DNA of 64,000 nucleotides from an uncultured Mycoplasmatota bacterium (GTDB lineage Bacteria; Bacillota_I; Bacilli_A; RF39; UBA660): NCBI GenBank assembly GCA_900554315.1, contig USGP01000004.1, positions 4,174 to 68,173 of the forward strand, read 5' to 3'. Shown piece by piece: positions 63,840 to 64,000 of this stretch (position 1 is its first letter; each line of letters starts with the position of its first letter). The notes under the pieces were generated by a model. It saw only the letters and a program-made list of their open reading frames with translations, ran no database searches and was not told where the DNA came from. The position numbers and the translations under genes were made by a program.

Positions 63840-64000
63840 TTATCCTGATACTGTTACTACACCGCTTGTTGATTGTACTTGACTATGCGCTTGTTCGTTT
63901 AGTTGATTTTGTAAGTTGTCATGAGCAGTTTCTGCCGCCGTATAAACTTCTCCCAATGCTGGTGCGAATGTTCCTTTTATTTTATTTACTGCGCTTTGTG
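63840..64000 (-). CDS. 3' end of an upstream gene in the same operon (partial)
   Basis: Own translation: ...QSAVNKIKGTFAPALGEVYTAAETAHDNLQNQLNEQAHSQVQSTSGVVTVSG, stop at 63840-42, 21 nt before the next ATG. Identity unknown. Confidence 0.5.
   Translation of the reverse strand, partial: QSAVNKIKGTFAPALGEVYTAAETAHDNLQNQLNEQAHSQVQSTSGVVTVSG

Noticed and set aside
61184-63848. Several plus-strand ORFs (61184-61477, 61787-62031, 62036-62380, 62437-62748, 63430-63642, 63666-63848)
   Set aside because: All are antisense to the 893-aa gene. Their Ala/Leu/His-rich translations mirror its low-complexity codons.
1-64000. Prophage, transposon, integrative element, tRNA/rRNA genes or a CRISPR array
   Set aside because: I saw no integrase, transposase, recombinase, terminal inverted repeats or phage structural genes. 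The intergenic spaces are too short and lack the conserved features of tRNA or rRNA genes.

Overview
AT-rich (about 30% GC by eye) chromosomal segment from a low-GC Gram-positive bacterium (Bacillota). PolC, a T-box leader, WXG100/DUF4176-type genes and a YjcZ-like peptide support this; a spore-forming Erysipelotrichia/Clostridia-like lineage is possible, but confirming it needs a database search. There are about 60 genes, more than 85% on the minus strand, tightly packed and mostly housekeeping. These include a partial dcw cluster (mraZ-rsmH-ftsL-pbpB), a T-box-controlled thrS operon, dnaI, comEA-comEC, a DHH phosphoesterase, a SEDS protein, def, smc, pnp, rpsO, truB, polC, ferredoxin and rluB. 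Unusual content: (1) 55.8-64.0 kb holds a type VIIb-secretion-style cargo island. It has a WXG100 pair, two DUF4176-like genes, and leaderless modular proteins including an NlpC/P60 hydrolase and two proteins with a glycine-zipper anchor. No secretion machinery is visible in the window. (2) 0.3-5.2 kb holds a 1634-aa leaderless protein built from nested repeats. (3) 25.2-29.5 kb holds three tandem paralogues of a truncated M3-like HExxH peptidase. (4) A single ORF fuses a VanY-like M15 peptidase to TruB. (5) ThrRS lacks its TGS domain and follows an unknown ORF inside the T-box operon. (6) Other oddities are a J-domain/LysM membrane protein, a Cys-less membrane-tethered PTS EIIB-like protein, and an orphan histidine kinase next to a Spo0A-box-like repeat. 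I recognised no rRNA, tRNA, CRISPR array, transposase or integrase. All calls come from reading the translations and DNA by eye; no searches were run. Several ORF-track starts use alternative start codons and were trimmed to the start that has a Shine-Dalgarno sequence.
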